From: Terriglobia bacterium | GTDB taxonomy: Bacteria; Acidobacteriota; Terriglobia; 2-12-FULL-54-10 | DNA: 64,000 bases | Reading direction: 5' to 3' | Assembly: GCA_963666975.2 (NCBI GenBank) | Contig: CAXVYR010000004.1 | Location: 1,152,001-1,216,000, forward strand | In this document: positions 19,322 through 29,933 of the stretch, piece after piece | Layout of the letters: every line of letters starts with the position of its first letter | Numbering within the stretch: position 1 is the stretch's first letter | Position numbers and translations under genes: made by a program | The notes under the pieces: model-generated | What the model was told of the DNA's origin: nothing | What the model saw: only the letters and a program-made list of their open reading frames with translations | Database searches by the model: none

Positions 19322-20920
19322 ATGAGGAATTTCCGCAAGCTTTTCTTGGCGATTTGGCTTTTATTCATCCCCGTCGCCTTGAGCGCCCAAAACGTGGGGC
19401 TCGACGTCATCGAGCGCTCCCTCGGTAACGGCATGAAGATTTTGATGGTCGAACGGCACGACTCGCCCACCGTTGCGCTCTATCTGCGTTTCCGCGTGGG
19501 GGGCGTCGATGATCCGCAGGGACGAACCGGCATTGCGCATCTGCTGGAACACATGATGTTCAAGGGAACCAAAATTTACGGAACCACTGGCTTCCCAGCA
19601 GAGGTCCCCTTGATGGAGAAGATCGACCGCGCTTATGCGGAGCTGGACCGCGAGCGCCGCAAACGCGGTTCCGCCTTTGAGGAGCCGGATGAAGCCAAGC
19701 TCAGTCAGCTCGAACAAGAGATGGCGGATGCCTTGCAGCAGCAGAGGGAATACATCGTCAAGGATGAACTCTGGCAGACCTACCAGCGGCTGGGCGGGAC
19801 TCGGTTGAATGCTTCCACCGGCCAGGACTCCACCCAATACTTCGTCCAGTTGCCTTCCAATCAACTGGAGGTGTGGGCCTTTCTGGAGTCGGACCGCCTT
19901 GCCAACCCCGTCTTCCGCGAGTTTTATCCGGAACGGGACGTGGTGCACGAAGAGCGGCGCATGCGGACCGACACGCGTCCGAGCGGCCTGCTCTGGGAGG
20001 TCTTCAACTCCACGGCGTTTCAGGCGCATCCCTATCGCAATCCGGTCGTCGGGTGGGCTGGCGATCTGGACAACATGACGCGGGAGGAGGTGCTTGAATA
20101 CTTCAAGACCTTTTATGCGCCAAACAACGCCATCGCGGCCATCGTGGGCGACATCGACCCGGACAAGACCATGGCCATCATGAAGAAATACTTCGGGCCG
20201 TTGCAGGCTCAAACCCTTCCCCGGCGCAGCATCACCCAGGAGCCGCAACAGCAGGGCGAGCGGCGCGTGACGATTTCCTTGGACGCCCAGCCGCAGATGC
20301 ATATCGGGTATCACATTCCGCAGATCGGCCACGAGGACAGCTACGCGCTGGACGTTCTGGGCCAGCTCCTCTCCGGCGTCTCCAGGGAATCACGCACCGG
20401 GCGGCTCTACAAGAGCCTGGTCCTGGAGAAGAAAGTGGCCCTCCAAGCCGACGCCGGGCCCATGACCAGCCTTTATCCCAGCTTGTTTGTCGTCTCCGCC
20501 ACCCCGGCCCGGGGAAAAAGCTCCCAGGAATTGGAGGAGGCCATCTACGAAGAGATCGGCAAACTGCAACAAGAGCCTCCCAGCGAAGAGGAACTGACCC
20601 GCGTCCGCAACGCCGTGGATGCCTCCGCGATCCGTTCGCTGCGGTCGAATTTCGGCATTGCCAGGGTTATTGCCGCCTCCGAGCACTTGGCCGGAAGCTG
20701 GCGCTACGTGCTGGAGGAGAGGGAAAAGCTGAAGGCCGTGACTGCGGTGGATGTGCAGAACGTGGCGAAGAAATACTTCGCGGAGGAGAACCGCGCGGTG
20801 GCGGAGCTCAAATCGAAGTCCCGGCCGGGCGGCGCGGCGACCCCGCCGCCTCCTGCTTCCGCCGGACGTTTGCAGAGCACACCCGCGCAGGGCATACCCG
20901 GAGATTTGGAGAACAAATAA
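19322..20920 (+). CDS. M16 (pitrilysin/insulinase) zinc peptidase, catalytic subunit
   Basis: GIAHLLEHMMFKG (HxxEH), NAST, ERDVVHEERR; signal peptide. Confidence 0.93.
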   Translation: MRNFRKLFLAIWLLFIPVALSAQNVGLDVIERSLGNGMKILMVERHDSPTVALYLRFRVGGVDDPQGRTGIAHLLEHMMFKGTKIYGTTGFPAEVPLMEKIDRAYAELDRERRKRGSAFEEPDEAKLSQLEQEMADALQQQREYIVKDELWQTYQRLGGTRLNASTGQDSTQYFVQLPSNQLEVWAFLESDRLANPVFREFYPERDVVHEERRMRTDTRPSGLLWEVFNSTAFQAHPYRNPVVGWAGDLDNMTREEVLEYFKTFYAPNNAIAAIVGDIDPDKTMAIMKKYFGPLQAQTLPRRSITQEPQQQGERRVTISLDAQPQMHIGYHIPQIGHEDSYALDVLGQLLSGVSRESRTGRLYKSLVLEKKVALQADAGPMTSLYPSLFVVSATPARGKSSQELEEAIYEEIGKLQQEPPSEEELTRVRNAVDASAIRSLRSNFGIARVIAASEHLAGSWRYVLEEREKLKAVTAVDVQNVAKKYFAEENRAVAELKSKSRPGGAATPPPPASAGRLQSTPAQGIPGDLENK

Positions 20921-20922
20921 TA

Positions 20923-22431
20923 ATGAAACGCTTCCTCTTAATTATTTTCTCGGTTGCGATTGCCGTGGGCGCTCTGTCGGCTCAGATGGGCGAGCATGGC
21001 GGAGCGTCGGCTACCCGCGGCGACAGCCATTCGGCAGGCTGGGACCAAGCCATGAAGTTGAAGGGTCCTCCGATCGCTCCCACCTTTCCAGAGGTGGGCA
21101 AGGAAATCGAGCGCGTGGTCTTCGATAACGGCATGATCGTTTATATCCAGGAAGACCATCGCCTTCCGCTGCTCGATGTAAACGTGCTGGTGCGGACCGG
21201 CAGCTACTACGAACCGGCCGGCGAACTGGGGACCGCCGCGCTGGCAGGCGAGTTGCTCCGCACGGGCGGCACCAAGAACTATCCCACCGAGCAACTGGAG
21301 GAGCGGCTGGACTTCATCGCCGCCGAACTCTCGGCCTCGATGGGAAGGGAGCAGGCGAACGTCTCGCTGAACGTGCCGCAGAAGGATGCCGACGAGGCTC
21401 TCCGCATCCTGGCCGACGTGCTGCGATACCCGGCCTTCGATGAATCCCTCCTGGAGCTGGCCAAGCAGCAGACCATCTTTTCCCTGCGCCGCTCCAACGA
21501 CACTCCCGGCTCCATGCTCCGGCGGGAGTTTTCGCGGCTCCTCTATACCGAGGAGCACCCCTCCGGACGCACTCCCACACCGGAGCGCATCGGCCAGATC
21601 AGCCGTGATGACCTGATTCGGTTTCACAGCAGGTATTTCCACCCGAACCAGATCATGCTGGGCCTGACGGGGGATTTCGACAAAACCGAGATGCTCCTAA
21701 AGCTGCGGGAACTGCTGGGCGACTGGTCATCCGGCGAAGTCAGCCTCCCCCTGCTGCCCATGGCCAATCAGCAACCGAAGCCCGGTGTTTATTACATTCC
21801 CAAGGAGGTCAACCAATCGAACCTCCGCATCGGCCACTGGGGGACGAACCGGGACAACCCGGACCGCTTCGCCATCAGTTTGATGAACTCCATTCTTGGC
21901 GGGTCGGCCTTCAGCTCCCGCATCTCCCAGCGCGTGCGCACCGAGGAGGGATTGGCATACAGCGTCGGCACCGCCTTCCCGACCAGCCAAAGAGACATCA
22001 GTTTTTTCCTGGCCGCTGCGCAAACCAAGACGGAGTCCACGGTTCAGGCCATTGATTCGATTCTGGACGAGGTCGGCAAGATCGGCGCCGAGCGGGTTTC
22101 CCGGAATGAGTTTGACACCGCCAAGGAGATGTTTCTCTACGGCTATGTCTTTCGTTACACCGATCCGGCTCGGTCGCTGGCCGCGCTGATGCAGGTGGAG
22201 TATGACGGCCTGCCCTCCGACTACCTGCAAAAACAGTTTGCGGGATACCAGGCGGTGACGCCGGAAGACATCCAACGCGTGGCCCGGGACTATCTCCGCC
22301 CGGACCAGTTGACGATCTTCGTCGTAGGCGACTACCAGAAATTCGCAGACGAGTTGAGCCGCCTCGGTGAGCCGCAGGAAATCCAACCCCTCCAGTTTGA
22401 AGACGAGAACCAGCCCAGGCAAGGACGGTAA
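20923..22431 (+). CDS. M16 peptidase, non-catalytic partner subunit
   Basis: M16 fold motifs (ILGG..FSSR, RTEEGLAYSV) without HxxEH; starts 2 nt after partner. Confidence 0.9.
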   Translation: MKRFLLIIFSVAIAVGALSAQMGEHGGASATRGDSHSAGWDQAMKLKGPPIAPTFPEVGKEIERVVFDNGMIVYIQEDHRLPLLDVNVLVRTGSYYEPAGELGTAALAGELLRTGGTKNYPTEQLEERLDFIAAELSASMGREQANVSLNVPQKDADEALRILADVLRYPAFDESLLELAKQQTIFSLRRSNDTPGSMLRREFSRLLYTEEHPSGRTPTPERIGQISRDDLIRFHSRYFHPNQIMLGLTGDFDKTEMLLKLRELLGDWSSGEVSLPLLPMANQQPKPGVYYIPKEVNQSNLRIGHWGTNRDNPDRFAISLMNSILGGSAFSSRISQRVRTEEGLAYSVGTAFPTSQRDISFFLAAAQTKTESTVQAIDSILDEVGKIGAERVSRNEFDTAKEMFLYGYVFRYTDPARSLAALMQVEYDGLPSDYLQKQFAGYQAVTPEDIQRVARDYLRPDQLTIFVVGDYQKFADELSRLGEPQEIQPLQFEDENQPRQGR

Positions 22432-22459
22432 AGACCCTGGGTCCGGCTTGACTCTCCCC

Positions 22460-23467
22460 TCAGCTTCCGCTCGTGTAGGCATAAAGAAGCCCGATAGCTG
22501 TGAAGTAGACCAGCAGCATGAGGACGCTGCCGGGCTCGAACAGCGGAAAACGCCGCTTGCTGCGGAAGACGATAGCGGCAAGACCCAGAGTCGTCAAGAC
22601 AACGGCGAACAGGCCTGTGACGGCGTGAATGGGCTCCAGCGCCCCGAAGATCGGGCCGCCCGGATGCGCCAGGTCCATGGCGAAAAAGACCGCCATATTG
22701 AAGGCGTTCGAGCCGAAAAGGTTCCCTACCGCCAGGTCAATGGCTCCCAGCCGCACCGCAGCGAAAGAGGTGGCGAACTCAGGCAGCGAGGTGGAGAGTC
22801 CCACCAGCAAAGTTCCCACAAAGGTCGTTCCCAGTCCGGATAGCTCGGCGATCTGTTTGGCCGATGCGGCGAAATAGGGGGCGGCGATAAAAATGCCTGC
22901 CGCGCCCAGGGCGAACACCGCCAGCGCGCGGCGCAGTGAGGTCTTCGCGCCCTGTTCGTGATGAGAGGAGGCCTCCGTTGCCGGGGAGCCGGGCTTAACA
23001 ACCGTATGGAGGTAAACCGCGCGTGTCCCGAACACAAAGACGATCAGGAGCAAGGCGGATTCGGGACCCACGCCCAGCAGCGTCCTCTCAGTGTGTGTCA
23101 GCACGAAGAGGGTCCCGAGGCCGTTCAGGATGATGGCTAGACAGGCGGCCATGGCATGATCGGAGGACGCCTCGCGGAAGACGCGTCCGGCCGGCGACAG
23201 CAGGCCGAGCAGGGCCAGCAGAAGCATGTTGGCGAGGCTCGAGCCGAACAGGTCTCCGGCAGCCAGATCCGGGACGCCCAGGCGCACCGCCGCGACATCG
23301 GTAGTCAACTCCGGAAGCGAGGTGGCCCCGGCCAGCAGCACTGACCCGATCCAGACGCGCCCGAGGCGGGTGTGCTCCGCAATGGCGTCACCGCTTTTCG
23401 CCAGCACGGTTCCGGCGGCGACGATGACGGCGCCGCTCGCGAGAAATCCCAGCAGCGCAGCGGTCAT
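22460..23467 (-). CDS. Sodium:calcium antiporter (CaCA family)
   Basis: Two alpha repeats: ATSLPEL and STSLPEF..GNLFGSN; AGGAG RBS. Confidence 0.9.
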   Translation of the reverse strand: MTAALLGFLASGAVIVAAGTVLAKSGDAIAEHTRLGRVWIGSVLLAGATSLPELTTDVAAVRLGVPDLAAGDLFGSSLANMLLLALLGLLSPAGRVFREASSDHAMAACLAIILNGLGTLFVLTHTERTLLGVGPESALLLIVFVFGTRAVYLHTVVKPGSPATEASSHHEQGAKTSLRRALAVFALGAAGIFIAAPYFAASAKQIAELSGLGTTFVGTLLVGLSTSLPEFATSFAAVRLGAIDLAVGNLFGSNAFNMAVFFAMDLAHPGGPIFGALEPIHAVTGLFAVVLTTLGLAAIVFRSKRRFPLFEPGSVLMLLVYFTAIGLLYAYTSGS

Positions 23468-23575
23468 ATGCGGTGCTCCTGCTGAAAGCGCGTGCCGAGC
23501 CAGGGAGCAACGGCGAAGACGTTGTTTTTTCCGGAAGGATTAAAATGATTCGTATTCAATATTCTTCCTGGTGTT

Positions 23576-23640
23576 TGCATCTTGGTGTTTGCATCTTCGC
23601 GTTTGCATGCTGGTGATTGCATGCTAGAGTTGGCGTCTTG
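23576..23640. repeat. Degenerate heptamer/14-mer tandem repeat
   Basis: TTGCATCTTGGTGT-TTGCATCTTCGCGT-TTGCATGCTGGTGA-TTGCATGCTAGAGT. Confidence 0.75.
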
Positions 23641-23669
23641 TTGCCGGGCCCGCATCGTGGTGGTATGCT
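23641..23669 (+). promoter_or_regulatory. Putative sigma70 promoter for the DAACS transporter
   Basis: TTGCCG-17 nt-TATGCT with extended -10 TG. Confidence 0.55.
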
Positions 23670-23880
23670 AGCATAGCTGATTTTTGCAGAGAGCTTCAAA
23701 TCATCCGGTTGCTGTGGGTGTCGCAGAGTGTTCGGGCGCCGGCAGCCGGTAATTCCTTCCCTCTCCCAAAATCCGTTTCACAGTTCCCGGCCGTGATGTA
23801 GACTCACTCCGGGGCGCGAAAACAGCCGGCTGATTTTTGCTTGGCGGCGTGCCCCGAAGACGGGAGAAAAATCATCCATC

Positions 23881-25170
23881 ATGCGCAGGCTGAAACTGCA
23901 TTGGCAAATCCTCATCGGCATTGCGCTGGCGTGTATTGCCGGAACGCTCACGGGGACTGACGCGGGACTTTTTGGCGTCACCTATTACCAAGCCTACGAT
24001 TTCATCGGCACACTGTTTCTTAACGCTTTGAAGATGATTACTGTGCCGCTGATCCTGTCCGCCATCATAACCGGAATAGCAGGGATTGGCGGCGAGACTG
24101 GCCTGGGGCGTCTCGGTGTAAAAACCGTTCTCTATTACATGCTAACCAGCATGCTGGCGATACTCGTGGGCTTGGCGCTTGTCAACGCCATCGCGCCGGG
24201 GATGGTGGATGGCGAGCCGGCGGGCCTGCGCCTGGGCCTGGCAGAGGGTACAGAGGCCGCGCTGCAAGGTGTCGAAGGCAGGGGAGCCGGCGATATTGCA
24301 GAGGTCTTTCTGCGGATGGTGCCGCCCAATATCATCGCGGCTGCTGCTGAGGGCCAGATGCTGGGGCTGATTTTTTTCAGCCTGCTGTTCGGTTACTTTA
24401 TGACCCGCATTCAGCCGGACTATGCGGGATCACTGAAGCGGATATGGAATGGCATCTTTGAGACGATGATGCAGATCACTCTATGGGTGATGCGCTTTGC
24501 GCCTGTTGGTGTGTTCGGGCTGGTGGCGATGACGGTTTCCACAACAGGGTTTGAGGGCTTTGTTCCTTTGCTTTCCTTCTTCGTGACGGTGCTGCTGGCG
24601 CTGGCGATTCACACATTGGTCACCCTTCCCCTGTTGCTGCGTTTGGCGGGCCGTGTCAGTCCCTGGCTGCATTTTCGGGCGATGTCCCCGGCTCTGCTGA
24701 TGGCATTCTCCACGTCCTCCTCTTCCGCGACGCTGCCGATGACCCTGAAGTGCGTGCAGAAGAACGCCCGTGTTTCCAACCGCACCAGCAGTTTTGTCTT
24801 GCCGCTGGGCGCGACGGTCAATATGGATGGGACGGCGTTATACGAGTGCGTGGCGGCGATGTTCATCGCGCAGGCCTACGGGATCGAGTTGAGCTTTGGC
24901 CTGCAATTCACCATCGTGTTCCTCGCCTTGCTCACCTCCATAGGGGTAGCGGGCATCCCGGCGGCGAGTCTGGTGGCGATCATCGTGATTTTGGGCGCGG
25001 TCGGCCTGCCGGTTGAGGGTGTCGGGCTGATTTTAGTCACAGATCGCATCCTGGATATGTGCCGCACCGCAGTGAATGTCTTCAGCGATAGCTGCGGAGC
25101 TGTAATTATCGCAAAGACAGAGGGGGAAACCGGTGTGTTAAGTAAAGAGGTCGCGGAAACTCAGGGGTAA
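23881..25170 (+). CDS. Dicarboxylate/amino acid:cation symporter (DAACS, GltP/GltPh-like)
   Basis: AFSTSSSSATLP, LPLGATVNMDGTALY and DRILDMCRTAVNV motifs. Confidence 0.95.
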   Translation: MRRLKLHWQILIGIALACIAGTLTGTDAGLFGVTYYQAYDFIGTLFLNALKMITVPLILSAIITGIAGIGGETGLGRLGVKTVLYYMLTSMLAILVGLALVNAIAPGMVDGEPAGLRLGLAEGTEAALQGVEGRGAGDIAEVFLRMVPPNIIAAAAEGQMLGLIFFSLLFGYFMTRIQPDYAGSLKRIWNGIFETMMQITLWVMRFAPVGVFGLVAMTVSTTGFEGFVPLLSFFVTVLLALAIHTLVTLPLLLRLAGRVSPWLHFRAMSPALLMAFSTSSSSATLPMTLKCVQKNARVSNRTSSFVLPLGATVNMDGTALYECVAAMFIAQAYGIELSFGLQFTIVFLALLTSIGVAGIPAASLVAIIVILGAVGLPVEGVGLILVTDRILDMCRTAVNVFSDSCGAVIIAKTEGETGVLSKEVAETQG

Positions 25171-25205
25171 TCGCCGGGGCGACTGCATTCCGGCGGAACG
25201 AGCGA

Positions 25206-26579
25206 TCAGACGCCGTGTTTTTTGGCGTAGTGGCGGAAGGAGCGATAACTCATCTGCAACAACTCGGCGGCCTTGGTGCGGACCCCGAGGGAGCGAGCCA
25301 GGGCGGCCCCCAGCATTCCCCGCTCAATTTGTTGAATGTACTGCTCCAGGTCCAGGCCCTCTTCCGGAAGCTGCGACAGAATGCTTCGGTTGGATTTGAC
25401 GTCTATTTCGTGGACTACCCGTTCGGGCAGCGAATCCGGAATTATTTCCTCTCCTTTTTCCAAGGCCACCGCCCGTTCGATGGCGTTCTCGAGTTCCCGC
25501 ACGTTGCCCGGCCAGGGATAATTCTCCATCAGGCGGATGGATTCGCTGCTGATCTTGTGAATGGATTTCCCCATCTGGCCGCTGAATTTTTCGAGGAAAT
25601 GGAAGGCCAGCAAGGAAATGTCGCTGGGGCGGTTTCGCAAGGGTGGAATGTCCAGGGGAATCACGCTGATGCGATAGAACAGGTCCTCGCGGAACGTTTT
25701 TTCCTCGACCATCTGTTGCAAGTCCCGGTTGGAAGCGGCAATCACGCGGACATCCACGTCAATCTCCTCGTTGCCCCCTACGGGACGAATCTTGTGTTCC
25801 TGCAGGGCGCGCAGCAGCTTCACCTGCATGGGCTGGCTCATCTCCGCGATTTCATCCAAAAAGAGGGTTCCCCCGGAGGCGTACTCGAACAGGCCTTTTT
25901 TGTTCGTGGTTGCTCCGGTAAAGGCTCCCTTCAGATATCCGAACAGCTCGCTTTCGAGCAGCGTCTCTTGAAATGCGCTGCAATTGATGGAAACGAAAGG
26001 CTGCTTGCTGCGCATGCTGTGCAAGTGAATGGCGCGCGCCACCAGTTCCTTGCCTGTTCCGCTTTCTCCCAGGAGCAAGGCCGTGCTGTTGGCGGGGGCG
26101 ACGCTGAGGATCAACTCAAAGAGCGTCTTCATCGGGGAGCTTTGTCCCACGATGTTCTCCAGGCCCCCTTGTTTCCCCAACTCGCGCTTCAGAGAGACGT
26201 TTTCTTGTCTGATCCGGTGGATTTCCAGCGCCAGCTCGACTTTGAATTTCAGCTCATCCACCAGCGACGGCGTCTTGATCAGATAGTCGAAGGCCCCCAT
26301 CTGAACGGCTTGGACGGCTGTCTCGACCGATTCGTGGCCCGTGATCAGAATCACCAGCGCATCCGGCTGGGATTCGCGAACGTGCTGGAGTAGGTCCAGC
26401 CCGCTGGCCTGGGGCATTTTCATGTCGGAGATGATCAGGTCGTAGATCTGGCCCTCGATCTTTTGGAGCGCCGCCGGAACGCTGTTGGCAGTATCCACAC
26501 GGTGGCCCGCCTTCCGGAAGGTGATGTCCAGCATCTCGCAGATGGACTTTTCATCATCGACCACTAATAATTTCGCCAT
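25206..26579 (-). CDS. Sigma54-dependent response regulator, PilR/NtrC-like
   Basis: REC domain (LVVDDE, SDMKMP), GESGTGKE, GAFTGA, WPGNVRELEN, C-terminal HTH with SYRSFRH. Confidence 0.93.
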   Translation of the reverse strand: MAKLLVVDDEKSICEMLDITFRKAGHRVDTANSVPAALQKIEGQIYDLIISDMKMPQASGLDLLQHVRESQPDALVILITGHESVETAVQAVQMGAFDYLIKTPSLVDELKFKVELALEIHRIRQENVSLKRELGKQGGLENIVGQSSPMKTLFELILSVAPANSTALLLGESGTGKELVARAIHLHSMRSKQPFVSINCSAFQETLLESELFGYLKGAFTGATTNKKGLFEYASGGTLFLDEIAEMSQPMQVKLLRALQEHKIRPVGGNEEIDVDVRVIAASNRDLQQMVEEKTFREDLFYRISVIPLDIPPLRNRPSDISLLAFHFLEKFSGQMGKSIHKISSESIRLMENYPWPGNVRELENAIERAVALEKGEEIIPDSLPERVVHEIDVKSNRSILSQLPEEGLDLEQYIQQIERGMLGAALARSLGVRTKAAELLQMSYRSFRHYAKKHGV

Positions 26580-28227
26580 GGGCTTTTGCCGTGGGGGCCT
26601 CGCTTTCCGGAAGATGGGGGAGGGAGGGCAGCACGATGCGAAATACGGTTCCGTCCCCGGTGGACTCGGCGTGGATGGTCCCTTTATGCGCCTGGATGAT
26701 CTGGTAGACAATAGCCAGGCCCAGCCCCGTCCCCCCCTCGAAGCTGGACTGAAACGGTTCAAACAGTTTCTCCACCTGCCGGGGAGACATCCCGTTGCCT
26801 GTATCGCAAAAAAGAATTTGCAGGTGTTGTTCCCCCGCAACGACCTCGACGGAGAGGGTGCCGCCGCTGGGCATGGCCTTTACAGCGTTGTCCCCGATGT
26901 TCCAGAAGACCTGCCGCATGCGGTCGGCGTCCAGCGGGGAAAGGACCGGCTCCCGGGGAAGCTTCTTTTCGACCCGGTAGCGGGCAGCAAACTGCGGACG
27001 GTTTTCAAGCAGCGTCAGCGTCTCCTCCAAAATCTCCACCACGTTGACCGGTTTGAACTGATAGGTTTTTTCCCGCGAGTACAATAAAAAATCCGTCAGG
27101 ATCGCGTTCAGCCGTTCCGACTCTTTCAGGACAATCCCGATCAGGCGTTGCTGGTCCGAATCCAAGTCCGCCATGCCGGAAAACAGCTTCACCGATCCGG
27201 CGATGGAAGCCAGCGGATTGCGGATTTCATGCGCGATGGCCGCCGCCATCCGCCCGATGGCCGCCATACGGTCTTTGAGCTGGACCTCCCGTTCCAGGTT
27301 CTTCATCGGGGTGACGTCCTGGAAGCCGTACACATAGCCTACTGTTTCCCCGTTGCGGCTTAACGGGGAAACACTCAGACCCAGGAATTTTTCATTCCCT
27401 CCGGCGCCCGTATAACAAATCTCTTGCCGCGCTTTGGAAAGATCGGGCTGTCCTCCCGCCATAACTTGCGGGAAGAGCGTCTCGATGGTCTTGCCTTTGA
27501 GGGAGGAAAAAGGAAGCCCCAGGATGTCCGCTCCCGGCGAATTCAACAGGATGATCTGCCCGGTCAGGTCGGTCGTAATCAGCCCGCCGCGCATGCTTTC
27601 CAGGATGTCCTGATTCAGAGCTTGCAAATCCTCTAATTCTTCCTTTTTGTCTTCCAGTTCGACGCCGGTCTTGCGCAAAATCACCGCCAACTTGCTGGCC
27701 AGGTACGCCACCGCCATAAACGCCACCAGGTTGGCCGCTATATTGATTTGCAGGCTTTTCAGGTCCGGTTGGGTCAGGGCGTAGGCGGGAATGATGTTGT
27801 AATAGGGAAGCTCCAGTATGACTCCCGCCTGAATAAAGCAAAGGCTGGCGATCAGGAACGCGCCTCCCCGCGAGAGGACAATGCTTCCCATCAGGATCGT
27901 TAATGGATAGAGGAAGTAAAAGTAACTATCCAGGCCGCCGGTGAAGTAGACCACCAGCGTCACCATGGAGGTATCCAGAATCATCTGAATATAGGCTTGC
28001 TGTGTAGCGTCTAATTTGATCTTCAGCAGGATGTGGTGGATCAGATCCAGCACGCACCAGAACAGCAGGACGGCCAGAAAGTACTTCATCGGAACCTGCA
28101 CAACGGTCAGGTTCTGCAACTGCGCCATCTGCTGAATGGTGAGCTCGATGCCCAGCAGGAAGGTGATGATGACAATCCGCACGCGGATCAGCCAGGAAAG
28201 CCACTGTCTCTGATCCATCATCTCCAT
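26554..28227 (-). CDS. Sensor histidine kinase, PilS-like
   Basis: Multi-TM N-terminus, PAS, AHEIRNPL H-box, GTGLGL G-box; overlaps the regulator. Confidence 0.9.
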   Translation of the reverse strand: MEMMDQRQWLSWLIRVRIVIITFLLGIELTIQQMAQLQNLTVVQVPMKYFLAVLLFWCVLDLIHHILLKIKLDATQQAYIQMILDTSMVTLVVYFTGGLDSYFYFLYPLTILMGSIVLSRGGAFLIASLCFIQAGVILELPYYNIIPAYALTQPDLKSLQINIAANLVAFMAVAYLASKLAVILRKTGVELEDKKEELEDLQALNQDILESMRGGLITTDLTGQIILLNSPGADILGLPFSSLKGKTIETLFPQVMAGGQPDLSKARQEICYTGAGGNEKFLGLSVSPLSRNGETVGYVYGFQDVTPMKNLEREVQLKDRMAAIGRMAAAIAHEIRNPLASIAGSVKLFSGMADLDSDQQRLIGIVLKESERLNAILTDFLLYSREKTYQFKPVNVVEILEETLTLLENRPQFAARYRVEKKLPREPVLSPLDADRMRQVFWNIGDNAVKAMPSGGTLSVEVVAGEQHLQILFCDTGNGMSPRQVEKLFEPFQSSFEGGTGLGLAIVYQIIQAHKGTIHAESTGDGTVFRIVLPSLPHLPESEAPTAKAHGEIISGR

Positions 28228-28439
28228 AGGGCTCTAAGGCTCCTGCGGCGTTTGATTGCGCCCGCGAACGATTTCCGGTCACGAGGCGCGTATACGCACG
28301 AATGTACTCGAAAAAGCGTGGGAAGAGCAACCACCTTGCTTGCGTTCCGGGAGCAAGGTATCGAGTGAGAGAACGGCTGCGGTATGGTGGGTCGCTGGAA
28401 AAGGGGAGCCTCTGTGGGTTGGGTTGCTGCTTCCAGCCT

Positions 28440-29771
28440 TCACTCCAGCATTTCCAGTTTCACACGCGCCACGCGGCGATGTTCCATCTCCAGCACGGTA
28501 AACTTGCGATTTTCATAAACGAAGGTTTCACCTCCCTGCGGGATGTGGCCGAGTTGCTGGAGCACGAACCCCGCCAGGGTTTCAAAGCCCTTGTCCCGGG
28601 GGAGTTGAACCTGGTATTGATCCTCCAAATCCAGGATGTTGACGTGGGCGTCCAGCACCAGCGTGCGTTCCCCGAGACGCAGGCCGGGGGGCATCTCCCA
28701 GTCATACTCGTCCTCGATTTCCCCGACGATCTGTTCCAGCACGTCCTCCACCGTCACCAGACCGACCGTGCTGCCGAATTCATCCACCACCAGGGCCATG
28801 TGCCTGCGCTGCTTCTGGAAGTCTTGCAAAAGCTGGTCAATCGGCTTGGTCTCCGGCACGACCTGAATCTCTCGCAACAGGCTGCGCAATACGAATTCCC
28901 GTGGTGTGCGGCCTGCTTCCCAGGTCGCCTGCTGCTCCTCGGCGACTTTCAGCAGGTCCTTGGTGTAGAGAACGCCGATAATCTGTTCGGGAGAGTCCTG
29001 GTGGACGGGAAGCCGCGAGTACTGGTCCTCGGTGACGATCCGCAGCAGCTCTCCCAGAGACAAATCCACGGAAATCGAGACGATGTTGGGCCGGGGAACC
29101 ATTACTTCCCTCACCAAGATCTGGCTCAGGTCAATGATGTTGTGAATCATGTCCTGCTGATAGGCGGGCAAAGCGCCGCTGCGATAGCTGGCGGTGACCA
29201 GCATCTTGAGTTCTTCTCCGGTGTAGGAGTGGGATTGAGGCCCCCCAGCCGTGGCTCCCAGGTGCCGGGCCAGGAAAAAGGAGCAGGCGTCCAGGACCGC
29301 CAGAGGCCCGCGGACGAACTTCATGAAGAAGGTCATGGGCCAGGCAACCACTAAAGACAGCCGCTCGGCCCGCTCCAGGGCCACCTGCTTCGGAACCAGC
29401 TCCCCGAGGACCACATGGAGGAAAGTGATCATAAGGAATGCCAGCGCCAGGGCCAGGCTGTGGGTCAGCACCGGGCTATCTACGTGCAACCAGGCCAGTG
29501 CAGGCTGGATCATCGCCGCCAGGGTGATTTCACCAATCCATCCCAGAGCCAGGCTCGCCAAGGTGATGCCCAATTGTGTCCCGCTGAGGACGCTGTTCAG
29601 ATTTCCAATCAGCTTCAGGGCAGCCTCGGCCCGTGCGCTACCCTGCGAAGCCCTTTGCTGCAACCGGGTTCGCCGGACGCTCACCAGGGCGAACTCCACC
29701 GCCACAAAAAAGGCGTTGGCCAGCACCAGGAGGACAATAGTTAAAACGCGTAAAAACGGAAAGGCAGGCAT
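28440..29771 (-). CDS. Hemolysin/CorC-HlyC family CBS-domain membrane protein
   Basis: NAFFVAVEFALV, GELVPK, VREVMVPR, VVDEFG..G.VT.ED..E.IVGEI.DE. Confidence 0.93.
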   Translation of the reverse strand: MPAFPFLRVLTIVLLVLANAFFVAVEFALVSVRRTRLQQRASQGSARAEAALKLIGNLNSVLSGTQLGITLASLALGWIGEITLAAMIQPALAWLHVDSPVLTHSLALALAFLMITFLHVVLGELVPKQVALERAERLSLVVAWPMTFFMKFVRGPLAVLDACSFFLARHLGATAGGPQSHSYTGEELKMLVTASYRSGALPAYQQDMIHNIIDLSQILVREVMVPRPNIVSISVDLSLGELLRIVTEDQYSRLPVHQDSPEQIIGVLYTKDLLKVAEEQQATWEAGRTPREFVLRSLLREIQVVPETKPIDQLLQDFQKQRRHMALVVDEFGSTVGLVTVEDVLEQIVGEIEDEYDWEMPPGLRLGERTLVLDAHVNILDLEDQYQVQLPRDKGFETLAGFVLQQLGHIPQGGETFVYENRKFTVLEMEHRRVARVKLEMLE

Positions 29772-29933
29772 AGTCGCTCCCCGCCATGTCGTCGCTCCCG
29801 GCGGGATGCGGAGCTATTCTAACACGGGATGCGCGCCTCCAGGGAAAGAGAACGCTTGCTAGATAAGCCGCTTCCAGAGAACACTGCTGGCGAGGGACTG
29901 CCGGGTCTGGTAACCTTTTTTCGGGATGATACG

